Assembly: GCA_902595465.1 (NCBI GenBank)
Contig: CACJQE010000004.1
Location: 20,350 to 84,349, forward strand
Direction: 5' to 3'
DNA: 64,000 bases
From: an uncultured Pelagibacteraceae bacterium
GTDB taxonomy: Bacteria; Pseudomonadota; Alphaproteobacteria; Pelagibacterales; Pelagibacteraceae
In this document: positions 23,247-33,974 of the stretch, piece after piece
Layout of the letters: the number at the start of each line of letters is the position of its first letter
How positions within the stretch are numbered: the stretch's first letter is position 1
Made by a program: the position numbers and the translations under genes
Notes under the pieces: generated by a model
What the model was told of the DNA's origin: nothing
Seen by the model: the letters and a program-made list of their open reading frames with translations, nothing else
The model's database searches: none

Positions 23247-24620
23247 ATGACTATAGTGAAAAAAATAAAAGATAAAAAAGTTAACTTTGAATTTAACAAA
23301 GAATTCATCAAAGTTGTCACAGATAAAATTGCCTCAAATGATGCTGGATTTATTACAAATTCGTTCAATGCTATGCATCCAGCAGATGCTGCTGATATTA
23401 TTGAACATCTAAGCCAAAATGATAGAGAAAATTTAATAAAATTAAATAGTTTCAAAGTTGATCCTGAAGTTTTTGTTGAATTAAATGAGTCAATTCAGTC
23501 AGAGATGATTGCTTATCTATCGTCAGATTCAATAGTTAATATACTAAAAAATTTAGAATCAGATGATGCAATTAAGATTTTAGAAAATGTAGAAGAAAAA
23601 GATAAAAATACAATCCTTAGTTCATTACCTCCAAAAGACCGATTTGCATTACTTGAAAGTTTAAGCTATCCTGAAGACTCTGCTGCAAGATTAATGCAGC
23701 GTGAATTCACCGCTATACCAAGTAACTGGTCTGTAGGACAAACGATAGACTATCTAAGAGAAAATAAAGAACTTCCTGAGGAATTTCTAGAAATATTTAT
23801 AGTTGATCAAGAATTCAAACCCATTGGTACAGTTCCTTCATCAAGAGTATTAAGAACTCCAAGAGACACAAAAATGATGTCTATTATGGCTGAATCTCAA
23901 ACACTAATACCAGTTGATATGGATAGAGAGGAAGTAGGTAATTTATTTGAAAATTATAATTTGAGTTCAGCAGCTGTAGTAGATAAGTCTGACAAATTAG
24001 TTGGGATGATAGCTTATGATGATGTTTTAACAGTATTAAAAGAGGAAGCTGAAGAAGATGTACTTAGATTAGCTGGAGTAGGTGATGAAGAAATAACTGA
24101 TGGAGTAATAACAAAAACTAAGAGAAGATTTAATTGGTTGTTATTAAACTTGTTTACTGCTTTTCTAGCAACTTATTGTATTAGTCTATTTGGTGCAACT
24201 ATAGAGCAAATGGTAGTATTGGCTTTCTTAATGCCAATCGTAGCATCAATGGGTGGTAACGCTGGCATGCAAACATTAGCTGTCACAGTAAGATCTTTAG
24301 CAACACAGGATTTAACAAAAAATAATTTTACAAATAATATTATTAAAGAATTTAATATTGGAGTTTTAAATGGAGTTATTTTTGCAATTATAAGCTCTTT
24401 GATAGTTCAACTATGGTTTAATGACATTCAGCTCTCTCTAATAATCTCAATTTCAATGGTTTTAACTATGATAGTTGCTGGTCTTTTCGGTATTTTAGTA
24501 CCTGTAACATTAAATAAAATGAAAATTGATCCTGCAATTTCTTCTAGTGTTTTTGTTACAACAATAACAGATGTAATTGGATTTGTATCTTTCTTAGGTG
24601 TGGGAGCTTATTTTTTATAA
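23247..24620 (+). CDS. mgtE: Magnesium transporter MgtE
   Basis: HPADAAD N-domain, CBS pair, GGNAGMQ, DPAISS..FVTTITD. Confidence 0.97.
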   Translation: MTIVKKIKDKKVNFEFNKEFIKVVTDKIASNDAGFITNSFNAMHPADAADIIEHLSQNDRENLIKLNSFKVDPEVFVELNESIQSEMIAYLSSDSIVNILKNLESDDAIKILENVEEKDKNTILSSLPPKDRFALLESLSYPEDSAARLMQREFTAIPSNWSVGQTIDYLRENKELPEEFLEIFIVDQEFKPIGTVPSSRVLRTPRDTKMMSIMAESQTLIPVDMDREEVGNLFENYNLSSAAVVDKSDKLVGMIAYDDVLTVLKEEAEEDVLRLAGVGDEEITDGVITKTKRRFNWLLLNLFTAFLATYCISLFGATIEQMVVLAFLMPIVASMGGNAGMQTLAVTVRSLATQDLTKNNFTNNIIKEFNIGVLNGVIFAIISSLIVQLWFNDIQLSLIISISMVLTMIVAGLFGILVPVTLNKMKIDPAISSSVFVTTITDVIGFVSFLGVGAYFL

Positions 24621-25424
24621 TCAAAAGTTATCAATCAATCTTACTCCATTAATATGATAGGCAATAAATAGTCTATATTTTGATTTAAAATTATCTAATT
24701 TCATTTTTTTCTCATCTCTAAATTCAAGATAATCAATTTTAATTTTAAATTTATTTTCAAGCTCATATTTGGATTTTGACAAATCCACAAATTTATTAGT
24801 TTGTGAGAGTCTTTTAATTTTATCCAATTTAATGGCAATTTTTGATGCTTTTATTATAGAAGATTTATTTAGCAATTTGTTTCTTGTAGATAAAGCAATT
24901 TTATTATTTTCTCGAATTGTGGGACAACCAACAATATTTATTTTATATTTTTTACCTAATATTCTTTTAATTAATACGTATTGTTGAAAATCTTTTTCAC
25001 CCATATAAACATACTTAGATTTAACAATAGATAACAATCTATTCATCACGTTTAATACACCCTCAAAATGGCCTTTTCTATATTTAGCACACAAAATTTT
25101 ATCGGATCTATTAAGATTAAAATTTTTCATTTTATTTTTATATATTTCACTGACTTCAGGTAAAAACAAATAATTAACTTTGAGTTTTTTTAATATTGAA
25201 ATATCTTTTCTAATATTCCTAGGATAATTCTTAAAATCTTTTTTTTGATTAAATTGTGTTGGATTGACAAAAATACTAACTATTGTTTCTTTGTTATTTT
25301 TTTGTGAAATTTTTATTAAAGATACGTGGCCTTTATGAATTCCCCCCATTGTAGGCACAAATCCAACATTTTTGTAATTTTTAACTGCCTTATTTAGTTC
25401 AAAAACATTTTTTAAAATTTTCAT
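24621..25424 (-). CDS. panC: Pantoate--beta-alanine ligase
   Basis: GFVPTMGGIHKGH, SIFVNPTQF, GEKDFQQ, RLIDN. Confidence 0.97.
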   Translation of the reverse strand: MKILKNVFELNKAVKNYKNVGFVPTMGGIHKGHVSLIKISQKNNKETIVSIFVNPTQFNQKKDFKNYPRNIRKDISILKKLKVNYLFLPEVSEIYKNKMKNFNLNRSDKILCAKYRKGHFEGVLNVMNRLLSIVKSKYVYMGEKDFQQYVLIKRILGKKYKINIVGCPTIRENNKIALSTRNKLLNKSSIIKASKIAIKLDKIKRLSQTNKFVDLSKSKYELENKFKIKIDYLEFRDEKKMKLDNFKSKYRLFIAYHINGVRLIDNF

Positions 25425-25458
25425 TTTTAATAAATATGATTATAAGTAAAACATCTTA

Positions 25459-26274
25459 ATGATTAAACAAGCTATTATTCCTCTTGCTGGTTTGGGTACA
25501 CGTTTGCTACCTTTGACAAGTGTTTTTCCTAAAGAATTACTTCCAATAAATGGAAAACCAGGAATTGAGTATATTTTAGATGAATGTATTGAGGCTGGTG
25601 TAAGTGAAATAATTTTTATTATTTCAAAAAAAAAGAAAATGATAAGAAAATATTTTAATAATGATAATTTTTACAAATCAATTATTAATAAAAAGAAAGA
25701 TCCCAGAATAATCAAAGAGTATAAAAAAATACTTTCTTTTAAAAAAAAAATCAAATTTGTTTATCAAAATAAACCCATGGGAACTGGTGATGCTGTACTT
25801 AAAACTAGAAAATTTATAAAAAACAATTATTTTTTAATGTTGTTACCTGATGATTTAATTACAAAAAATAATTGTTCAAAAGATATGATAAAAATTCACA
25901 AAAAATTAAAAGGATCTGTAATGGCCAGTATGAAAGTCAAAAAAAACAATGTAGATCGCTGGGGAATCTATTCAATTAAAAAAAAAATTGATAAATTAAA
26001 TTTTAAAATTGCTGATGTAATTGAAAAACCTAATACTAAAGATGCTCCTTCAAATAATGCAGTCATAGGTAGATATATATTATCAAAGAAAATTTTTCAT
26101 TACCTGAAAAATCAAAAAAAAGGTAAAGGTGGTGAAATACATATTACAGATGCAATAAGAAGAATGATTCTAGATAAATATTTATTCATTGGACATAAAT
26201 TTAAAGGTAATTATTTAGACTGTGGATCTCTGAAAGGTTATATTAAATCTGGAATAGAAATTTCTAAGTTATGA
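25459..26274 (+). CDS. galU: UTP--glucose-1-phosphate uridylyltransferase
   Basis: AGLGTRLLPLT..PKELLP, LPDD, EKP, GEIHITDAI. Confidence 0.92.
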   Translation: MIKQAIIPLAGLGTRLLPLTSVFPKELLPINGKPGIEYILDECIEAGVSEIIFIISKKKKMIRKYFNNDNFYKSIINKKKDPRIIKEYKKILSFKKKIKFVYQNKPMGTGDAVLKTRKFIKNNYFLMLLPDDLITKNNCSKDMIKIHKKLKGSVMASMKVKKNNVDRWGIYSIKKKIDKLNFKIADVIEKPNTKDAPSNNAVIGRYILSKKIFHYLKNQKKGKGGEIHITDAIRRMILDKYLFIGHKFKGNYLDCGSLKGYIKSGIEISKL

Positions 26275-27560
26275 AAATTTGCATGATAGGATCTGGTTAT
26301 GTTGGTTTAGTTAGTGGAGCCTGTTTTTCTGACTTAGGTAATACAGTTATTTGTGTTGATATTAATAAACAAATCATAGACAAGTTAAATAGAGGCATAA
26401 TTCCAATTTATGAGCCTGGTCTACATGAATTAGTTATAAGAAATTTAAAAAAAAAAAGACTTTTATTTTCAACTGATGTTTCTAGTTCAATAAAAAAATC
26501 AGATATTATTTTTATATGTGTAGGTACGCCAACAAAAAATAACAAAGCCGATCTAAAATATGTTTATAATGTTGTAAAAAGTATCAAATCCAATCTAGAT
26601 AAATATAAAATTATAGTAACCAAATCTACAGTCCCAGTCACTACCGGCGACAAAATAGAAAAAATTTTAAATTCAAAAAAAAATTTAAATAAATTTGATG
26701 TTATTTCTAATCCAGAGTTTTTAAGAGAAGGGGAGGCCATAAGAGACTTTCAATATCCAGATAGAATAGTGATCGGGACAAATAGCAAAAAAGCAAATAA
26801 TATAATGAAAAATCTTTATCTGCCTTTAATAAAAAAAGGCAGCAGATATATCAATACTTCTAGAAGATCTGCTGAATTAATCAAATATGCTTCTAATGCT
26901 TTTCTAGCCACTAAAATTACATTTATTAACGAAATAGCAAATCTATGTGAAAAATCTAACATTGATGTTCAGGATGTTGCAACTGGTATGGGTTTAGATA
27001 ATAGAATTGGAAGTAGATTTTTAAGAGCTGGTCCAGCATATGGAGGATCATGTTTTCCAAAAGACACAAGAGCATTAGTCTCAACGGGTCAAATTTTTAA
27101 AACAAACTTATCTGTTGTCAAGTCAGTAATAAATTCAAACGAAAAGCGAAATAAAATATTATTAGATAGGATTAAATTAATATTGAAAAATAAAATAAAA
27201 AATAAAAATATTTCATTTCTTGGGGTTACTTTTAAATCAGGTACGGATGATATGAGAGAATCACCATCTTTAAAAATGATTCCTTCTTTAGTAAAAAAGG
27301 GTGCATCTATAAGTTATTATGAACCAACAGGCCAGAAGAAACAATTTAAATCAAAAAACATAACTTTTCATGAAAATATAAAAGATGCTTGTCAAAATGC
27401 GGATTTAATAATTATTCATACAGAATGGAATGAATTTAAACAACTCAACTTTAAAAAAATTACCAAAAAAAGGAATTTTAAAGTTTTTGATATGAGAAAT
27501 CTTTATTCAACATCTGAAATGAAAAAAAATAAAATAAATTATTTTAGTATTGGTAGATAA
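26271..27560 (+). CDS. ugd: UDP-glucose 6-dehydrogenase
   Basis: GSGYVG, SNPEFLREG, GGSCFPKD, TDDMRESP. Confidence 0.95.
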   Translation: MKICMIGSGYVGLVSGACFSDLGNTVICVDINKQIIDKLNRGIIPIYEPGLHELVIRNLKKKRLLFSTDVSSSIKKSDIIFICVGTPTKNNKADLKYVYNVVKSIKSNLDKYKIIVTKSTVPVTTGDKIEKILNSKKNLNKFDVISNPEFLREGEAIRDFQYPDRIVIGTNSKKANNIMKNLYLPLIKKGSRYINTSRRSAELIKYASNAFLATKITFINEIANLCEKSNIDVQDVATGMGLDNRIGSRFLRAGPAYGGSCFPKDTRALVSTGQIFKTNLSVVKSVINSNEKRNKILLDRIKLILKNKIKNKNISFLGVTFKSGTDDMRESPSLKMIPSLVKKGASISYYEPTGQKKQFKSKNITFHENIKDACQNADLIIIHTEWNEFKQLNFKKITKKRNFKVFDMRNLYSTSEMKKNKINYFSIGR

Positions 27561-28022
27561 TTAATTAAGATCAAATATTGCATCAACTTCAACTGCAACA
27601 CCTAAAGGAAGGCTGTTAGTACTAACAGCTGCTCTAGCATGTGAGCCAGCTTCATCAAATACACTTTTTATTAGATCTGAGGCACCATTTATGACTTTTG
27701 GTTGTTCAGTAAAATCATCAGTAGAATTAACATATCCAGTAAGTTTCAAACATGATTTGATTTTGGATAAATCATCACTACATGCTTTTTTTGCTTGAGA
27801 TATTATGCTTAATGCACATCTTTTAGCTGCTTCATAACCTTGTTCAGTATTATAATCTTTTCCGAGTTTTCCCTTAATTAAATTTCCATCCTCATCAATT
27901 GATATTTGACCAGATATATATAGTAAATTTCCAGATATTCTTGTAGCAGCATATGATCCAACAGGATCATTAGCTTTTGGTAGTTTAATATTTAAATTCT
28001 TTAAATTTTCGTCTACAGACAT
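27561..28022 (-). CDS. RidA/YjgF family protein
   Basis: YISGQI, INGASDL, HARAAV, LPLGVAVEVD. Confidence 0.92.
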   Translation of the reverse strand: MSVDENLKNLNIKLPKANDPVGSYAATRISGNLLYISGQISIDEDGNLIKGKLGKDYNTEQGYEAAKRCALSIISQAKKACSDDLSKIKSCLKLTGYVNSTDDFTEQPKVINGASDLIKSVFDEAGSHARAAVSTNSLPLGVAVEVDAIFDLN

Positions 28023-30589
28023 TATTTGCTTTTCTTTTTCTTTTTATTTCTATCGTATTCTTTTCTTTTCTCAATTAAAATTAATGCTTCTTCCATAGTT
28101 AATTCAACAGGATCTTTTTCTTCAGGTATAGTCGCGTTTAATGATTTGTATTTAATGTAAGGACCATACTGACCCTTCATGATTCTAACTGGCTTTTTAT
28201 CATCAGGGTGTTCTCCTAAATCTTTTATCATAGATGATGAAATTCTTCCTGGTTTAGCTTCAGCAATTAATGTAACAGCTCTATTTAATCCAATTGTGAA
28301 TAATTCGTCCACATTTTCTAGTCTAGCAGATTTATTTTCACATTTAAGGTAAGGACCAAATCTTCCAACATTCACAGTAATATCTTTATCATTTTCAGGA
28401 TTTTTACCTAAACTTAATGGTAATGAGCATAAGTATTTTGCCTTTTCTAAATCAAGATTTTCAATCTCAATTCCTTTAGGGATAGAAACATTTTTTAAAT
28501 TATTTTCTTCTTTCTTTAATTTTCTTTTTTTCTTTTTAGTTTTTTCATCTTCCTCTATGATTTCTTTTTCAAATTGCAAATATGGGCCAAATCTTCCATT
28601 TTTAAGATAAATATCTTTACCTTTATCATTTTTTCCAATGAATCTAGGTTCTGCTAGTGTCAATTGTTGTGCTGCTTTAGATTTTGATAGTGGTCTTGTA
28701 AATTTGCAGTCTGGATAATTTGAACACCCAATAAAAGCACCACCTCTAAAACTATTTTTTAAACTTAATTGCCCAGATTCACAAAGCTTGCATTTTCTAT
28801 CAATATTTCCATCCTTATCAACCTCAAATATTAGTGATCCAAGACTTTCATTTAATAGGTCTAATACTTCTCTGGTTCTTTTTTCTTTCACACCTGAAAC
28901 ATTAGAATTAAAGTCTTTCCAAAAATTCTCTAAAACTTTTATCCAATTTTCTTTACCTGAAGTTATATCATCTAATTGATCTTCTAATTTTGCAGTAAAA
29001 TCATAATCAACATATTTAGTAAATAATTTTTCTAAAAACGCAGAAAGTAATTTCCCTCTATCAGTTGGGAAAAATCTTTTATTATTTATGTCAGCATAAC
29101 CTCTATTAGCTATTACTGAAATAATACTTGCATAAGTAGATGGTCTTCCAATTCCTAGCTCCTCTAATTTTTTAACTAGACTTGCCTCTGAATATCTAGG
29201 TGGTGGTTGTGTATAGTGCTGTTCATCAATATGATCTTCAAACATTACATCACCTTTTTCAACATCTGGCAAAATATTTTCATTGTCATCATCATTTTCG
29301 TCGATCTTATGTAGTTTAAGGAAGCCATCAAATTTTAATGTTGAACCACTAGCTTTGAATATATTTTTATCATCATCTGAGTTGATGGTAATAGTTTTTC
29401 TATCTAATTTGGCTGACTGCATTTGTGATGATAAAGATCTAGACCATATTAAATTATAAAGTTTATATTGATCAGTACTTAAGTATTTTTTCATATCTTC
29501 TGGTTTTCGAATTATTTCTGTTGGACGTATAGCTTCGTGAGCTTCTTGAGCATTCTTTGCTTTTTTGCCACTATAATTTAGAGGTTGTTCTGGTAAATAT
29601 TTGTCACCATAATTCTGCATTATAAAATCTCTGAAAGATGTTATCGCATCTTTTGAAATATTAGTTCCATCTGTTCTCATATAAGTAATTAATCCTACAG
29701 TTTCACCTTCAATATCAATTCCTTGATATAGTCTTTGAGCAATTTGCATTGTCCTTGATGCTCCAAAACCAAGTTTACTCGATGCTGTTTGTTGTAATGT
29801 CGATGTAGTAAAAGGTCCTGATGGATTTCTGTTATAAGTTTTTGAACTTATATCTGTTATGTTATATTTTTTATTTTTTATTTTTGATAAAGCGTCGTTA
29901 ATATCTTGTTTGTTTTTAAATGAAAATTTCTCAACTTTATTTCCATCTAATTGTGAAATAGTTGTATTTATTTTTTCATTTTTGTTATTTTTAAAAATTA
30001 TATTTAAAGTCCAAAATTCTTTTGGTTGAAAAACTTCTATTTCCTGTTCTCGTTCGGTTAAAAGTCTTAGAGCTACAGACTGAACTCGACCAGCAGATTT
30101 AGAACCTGGTAATTTTGTCCATAGAATGGGTGAGATATTAAAACCTACTAGATAATCTAGAGCTCTTCTTGCCATATAAGCATCAACTAAATGTGGCTCT
30201 ATTTTTCTTGGATTATCTATTCCATTTGTAACTGCTTTTTTTGTTATTTCGTTGAAAACAACTCTTTCAACTTCTTTATCTTTTAATAATTTTTTTTCTT
30301 CAAGAAACTCTTTTACATGCCAAGCTATTGCTTCACCTTCTCTGTCAGGGTCAGTAGCTAGAATAATTTTTTTTGAATCTTTAGCACTATCTGTAATTTC
30401 TTTTAAATATTTTTTTGAAAAACTATCTACTTCCCAAATCATTTTAAAATCATTTTCAGGATCAACAGAACCATTTTTCGAAGGCAGATCTCTTATATGT
30501 CCATAGCTTGCAAGAACTGTATAATCTGATCCTAAATATTTATTAATTGTTTTTGCTTTTGCTGGACTTTCAACAATTACTAGATTCAT
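28022..30589 (-). CDS. topA: DNA topoisomerase I
   Basis: LVIVESPAKAKTI, DPDREGE, ITYMRTD, one Zn ribbon, C-terminal GRFGPY repeats. Confidence 0.99.
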   Translation of the reverse strand: MNLVIVESPAKAKTINKYLGSDYTVLASYGHIRDLPSKNGSVDPENDFKMIWEVDSFSKKYLKEITDSAKDSKKIILATDPDREGEAIAWHVKEFLEEKKLLKDKEVERVVFNEITKKAVTNGIDNPRKIEPHLVDAYMARRALDYLVGFNISPILWTKLPGSKSAGRVQSVALRLLTEREQEIEVFQPKEFWTLNIIFKNNKNEKINTTISQLDGNKVEKFSFKNKQDINDALSKIKNKKYNITDISSKTYNRNPSGPFTTSTLQQTASSKLGFGASRTMQIAQRLYQGIDIEGETVGLITYMRTDGTNISKDAITSFRDFIMQNYGDKYLPEQPLNYSGKKAKNAQEAHEAIRPTEIIRKPEDMKKYLSTDQYKLYNLIWSRSLSSQMQSAKLDRKTITINSDDDKNIFKASGSTLKFDGFLKLHKIDENDDDNENILPDVEKGDVMFEDHIDEQHYTQPPPRYSEASLVKKLEELGIGRPSTYASIISVIANRGYADINNKRFFPTDRGKLLSAFLEKLFTKYVDYDFTAKLEDQLDDITSGKENWIKVLENFWKDFNSNVSGVKEKRTREVLDLLNESLGSLIFEVDKDGNIDRKCKLCESGQLSLKNSFRGGAFIGCSNYPDCKFTRPLSKSKAAQQLTLAEPRFIGKNDKGKDIYLKNGRFGPYLQFEKEIIEEDEKTKKKKRKLKKEENNLKNVSIPKGIEIENLDLEKAKYLCSLPLSLGKNPENDKDITVNVGRFGPYLKCENKSARLENVDELFTIGLNRAVTLIAEAKPGRISSSMIKDLGEHPDDKKPVRIMKGQYGPYIKYKSLNATIPEEKDPVELTMEEALILIEKRKEYDRNKKKKKSK

Positions 30590-30597
30590 ATTTAGAG

Positions 30598-30625
30598 AAC
30601 GTACTTAAAACAGTTAAACTGTCAA
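30598..30625 (-). promoter_or_regulatory. Putative sigma70 promoter of topA
   Basis: Minus strand TTGACA (30625-30620), 16 nt, TACGTT (30603-30598), ending 8 nt before the ATG. Confidence 0.55.
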
Positions 30626-30629
30626 ATTA

Positions 30630-31202
30630 TTAAATTTTTGTCTTAGTTTCTTCTTTATTTATCAAGCGTTTAACGTTTTCTCTATGAGTGTAAAAAATTA
30701 AAATAAACATTATGAAGTAAAACATAATGTTATCATTACTATAAAAAAATATAAAAATAGGAACACTTAATGATCCAAGAATTGATCCTAATGATGAGTA
30801 TTTAGAAATTAAATATGTAATTACCCAAACAATACCAAAAACAATACCCAAAAAATAATTTAAAATAATCAACATTCCAACATATGTTGCAACACCCTTA
30901 CCACCTTTAAATTTTAACCATATTGGAAAAACATGTCCTAAAAAAACAGATAATGAACAAATGTAAATAAATTCTGGATAATTTAACTTAACATAAATTA
31001 TTGGCAAAACCGCTTTTAAAATGTCTAGTAATAAAGTTGAGTAACCTAAAAATTTATTGCCAGTTCTTAAAACATTGGTGGCGCCTATATTACCCGATCC
31101 TGTTTCTCTTATGTCTTTTTTTAAAAAAATTTTTGTTAATAAAAAACCAAAAGGAATAGAACCTAATAAATATGATAAAAGTGATAAAATAAATATTTCC
31201 AT
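30630..31202 (-). CDS. plsY: Glycerol-3-phosphate acyltransferase PlsY
   Basis: YLLGSIPFG, GSGNIGATNVLR, FKGGKGVAT, HRENVKRL. Confidence 0.98.
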   Translation of the reverse strand: MEIFILSLLSYLLGSIPFGFLLTKIFLKKDIRETGSGNIGATNVLRTGNKFLGYSTLLLDILKAVLPIIYVKLNYPEFIYICSLSVFLGHVFPIWLKFKGGKGVATYVGMLIILNYFLGIVFGIVWVITYLISKYSSLGSILGSLSVPIFIFFYSNDNIMFYFIMFILIFYTHRENVKRLINKEETKTKI

Positions 31203-32492
31203 TTAAATATCGTAAAGCTCTTGTCCTTTTACGAATGTATTGGTTACTTTTCCTTGTAATCTCTTATTTTCAATTGACGTATTTTTTGATTTAGAAACCA
31301 AATTTTCTTGCTTTACTATCCAAGGTTTATTTATATCCACAATACAGAAATCTGCATCATTACCTACAGATAAATTACCTTTATTAATTTTCAAAATTTT
31401 TGATGGATTGGAGGTTAATGCAGCAATAATTTTTTCAAGTTTTACAGATCCATTGTGATATAATTCTAATGACAAAGATAATAACGTTTCAATACCAGTT
31501 GCTCCTGTTGCGGCTTGAGCAAAGGTTAACCTTTTTTGCTCTTCATCTTCAGGTTTGTGATCTGAAACTATTACATCGATTGTACCATCATTTAATCCTT
31601 GCACTAAACTTAATCTATCGTCTTCAGTCCTTAGTGGCGGAGACAATTTTAAAAAAGTTCTAAAGTCACCAATATCATTTTCATTTAAAGATAAATTATT
31701 TATTGATACCCCACAGGAAAATCTTACTTTATCTTTTCTATCTCTGATAATTTCAACTGCTTTTCCTGATGAAATCTGAGAAATGTGATAACGACAATTA
31801 TATTCTTCTAATAATGTTAAATCTCTCTCTATAATTATTAGTTCAGCTATTTCTGGGATACCTTGCAAACCAAGCTTTGTCGAAATTATTCCATCATTTA
31901 TCATGCCATTTTCAGCTAATTCTTGATCTTCCGCATGTTGCATTATTAAAGATCCTAAATCTTTTGCTGAATTCATTATTCTGGACATTACTCTTGTATT
32001 CTGAATTGTTCTAATTCCATCTGTAAATGCTATTATCCCTTTACTCTGCAGAAGACCAAACTCTGTCATATTTGTACCTTCAGTACCCTTTGTTAGAGAT
32101 GCTGTGGGAAATATATTTATTTTTGATTTATCTCTGCCTCGTCTTTTTAAAAAATCTACTATTGAAACGTTGTCGATTATTGGATCAGTATTAGGCATTG
32201 TTACAACTGAGGTTACTCCCCCGGATAATGCAGCATTGCTCAAAGTTCTGAAATTTTCTTTATATTCATAACCTGGTTCACCCACAAATACTCTCATATC
32301 AACTATACCTGGGAAAATATAATTCTCTTTTAAATCAATAACTTTTTCTCTACTAGGAATGTTGTTTTTATTCACCTTTTTTCCAACACCTTCAATTTTT
32401 CCATCTTCACCTATTATTAATCCTCCTATCTCACTTATGTTGTTATGAGGATCAATTATATTTGCGTTAATAAAGTATTTTTTTTTCATCAT
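31203..32492 (-). CDS. pyrC: Dihydroorotase-like protein (probably non-catalytic PyrC'-type)
   Basis: Amidohydrolase fold, MPNTDP, KLSPPLR, SDHKP; metal-binding HxH replaced (DMRVF); adjacent to pyrB. Confidence 0.88.
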   Translation of the reverse strand: MMKKKYFINANIIDPHNNISEIGGLIIGEDGKIEGVGKKVNKNNIPSREKVIDLKENYIFPGIVDMRVFVGEPGYEYKENFRTLSNAALSGGVTSVVTMPNTDPIIDNVSIVDFLKRRGRDKSKINIFPTASLTKGTEGTNMTEFGLLQSKGIIAFTDGIRTIQNTRVMSRIMNSAKDLGSLIMQHAEDQELAENGMINDGIISTKLGLQGIPEIAELIIIERDLTLLEEYNCRYHISQISSGKAVEIIRDRKDKVRFSCGVSINNLSLNENDIGDFRTFLKLSPPLRTEDDRLSLVQGLNDGTIDVIVSDHKPEDEEQKRLTFAQAATGATGIETLLSLSLELYHNGSVKLEKIIAALTSNPSKILKINKGNLSVGNDADFCIVDINKPWIVKQENLVSKSKNTSIENKRLQGKVTNTFVKGQELYDI

Positions 32493-33427
32493 TCACAAAA
32501 AATTTTTAAACATGCCATTCTTATCGCAACACCTAATTCAACTTGTTCTTTTACAACACTCATATTAGTGTCATCAGCTAGTTTTGTATCAATTTCAATA
32601 CCACGGTTCATTGGACCAGGATGCATAATAATTGAATCTGATTTTGCATATTCTAATTTATCCTGTGTTAGTCCATAGTATTCATAATACTCTCTATTAG
32701 ATGACAGGAATGAACTACTCATTCTTTCATTTTGAAGTCTAAGCATCATTACTATGTCGCAATCTTTTACACCTTTCTTCATATTTGAAAAAATATTAAC
32801 CCCAAATTTTTCTATATCTTTTGGTAAAAGGTTTGAAGGAGCTACAATATTAACTTCGGCACCCAACATGTTTAGCAAGTAAATATTAGATCTTGCTACT
32901 CTTGAATGTAGAATATCTCCACAAATTGCAACCTTTAATCCTTGAATTTTTTTTTTCCTATTCAATATAGTTAATGCATCAAGTAATGCTTGGGTAGGGT
33001 GTTCTCTCCTTCCATCACCAGCATTTAAAACAGCACAATTAACTTTTTGAGATAAAAGATTACAAGCTCCTGAATCTTGATGTCTAATAACTATTATATC
33101 AGGATGCATTGCATTTAATGTCATTGCAGTGTCTATTAGTGTTTCACCTTTTTTAATTGCTGAGTTTGTTATATTCATTGACATAACATCTGCACCTAAT
33201 CTTTTTCCTGCTAGCTCAAATGAGCTTTGTGTTCTTGTTGATGGTTCAAAAAAGAGGTTAATTTGAGTTTTCCCCTTAAGTAAATCTAATTTTTTATTTT
33301 TGCTTTTGTTTAATTCAATAAATTTTTCAGCTTCTTTTAAGATTAAATTAACATCATTTATTGATAAATCTTGAATACCTAGGAGATGTTTTTGAGAAAT
33401 TTTAATAGCTTTGGTTTTAGTTGCCAT
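32489..33427 (-). CDS. pyrB: Aspartate carbamoyltransferase catalytic subunit
   Basis: [29 protein letters not shown]; start moved to ATG 33427, downstream of the predicted promoter. Confidence 0.97.
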   Translation of the reverse strand: MATKTKAIKISQKHLLGIQDLSINDVNLILKEAEKFIELNKSKNKKLDLLKGKTQINLFFEPSTRTQSSFELAGKRLGADVMSMNITNSAIKKGETLIDTAMTLNAMHPDIIVIRHQDSGACNLLSQKVNCAVLNAGDGRREHPTQALLDALTILNRKKKIQGLKVAICGDILHSRVARSNIYLLNMLGAEVNIVAPSNLLPKDIEKFGVNIFSNMKKGVKDCDIVMMLRLQNERMSSSFLSSNREYYEYYGLTQDKLEYAKSDSIIMHPGPMNRGIEIDTKLADDTNMSVVKEQVELGVAIRMACLKIFCE

Positions 33428-33437
33428 TAAAACCAAC

Positions 33438-33466
33438 TCTATAGCCACAAAGGTTGATTAATGCAA
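33438..33466 (-). promoter_or_regulatory. Putative sigma70 promoter of pyrB-pyrC-plsY
   Basis: Minus strand TTGCAT (33466-33461), 17 nt, TATAGA (33443-33438). Confidence 0.5.
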
Positions 33467-33469
33467 GTA

Positions 33470-33925
33470 TTAATTATTAATAAAATCTATGGCACCCTGT
33501 AAGATAAATGCAGCAGCATTTTTATCTATATTTTTTTCTCTTTTAGTTACGTTAATACCTAAATTTTCGGTTAATTTAAACGCTCCAACTGTTGATAATC
33601 TTTCATCCCAAAGACTTATTGGAAGATCAATTTCTTTTGATATTGCTTTTGACACATCATTTACTGATTGAGAGGATTTACCTAAGCTACCATCCATATT
33701 AATTGGATTGCCAATAATTATTCCTTTAATATTATTTTCTTTAATAATATCCTCTAATTCATTGATAAGATCTTCAAATTTGGATTTGTTTATTGTTTTA
33801 AGCGGTGTAGCAATTTTTTGATTTTCATCACATATAGCTACACCAATTCTCTTTGAACCTAAATCAAGACCAATTAATCTAGATGTATTTAGCTGTTTCT
33901 TTTTAAATTCCTCAATTGTGATCAT
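33470..33925 (-). CDS. ruvX: RuvX/YqgF family nuclease (pre-16S rRNA processing)
   Basis: GLDLGSKRIGVA, GNPINMDG, WDERLST, AAAFILQ. Confidence 0.96.
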   Translation of the reverse strand: MITIEEFKKKQLNTSRLIGLDLGSKRIGVAICDENQKIATPLKTINKSKFEDLINELEDIIKENNIKGIIIGNPINMDGSLGKSSQSVNDVSKAISKEIDLPISLWDERLSTVGAFKLTENLGINVTKREKNIDKNAAAFILQGAIDFINN

Positions 33926-33974
33926 ATTGTATATTATTTACTTAAGTGATAGTTTGCGGCAATATTTTTACCAT

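Noticed and set aside
27180-27215. AAAAAT-type tandem repeats in ugd and long A/T runs elsewhere
   Set aside because: In-frame Lys/Asn/Ile codons typical of low-GC coding sequence; no frame disruption.
30605-30617. TTAA-N5-TTAA resembling a CtrA box
   Set aside because: CtrA consensus spacing is N7, and TTAA is very frequent in this AT-rich DNA.
33918-33974. N-terminal extension of the gatC ORF; similar extensions for fusA (5725), pyrB (33448), GT2 (45962), folK (51611) and ribD (61450)
   Set aside because: They overlap neighbouring genes or promoters; family homology starts at the downstream start codons used in the feature list.
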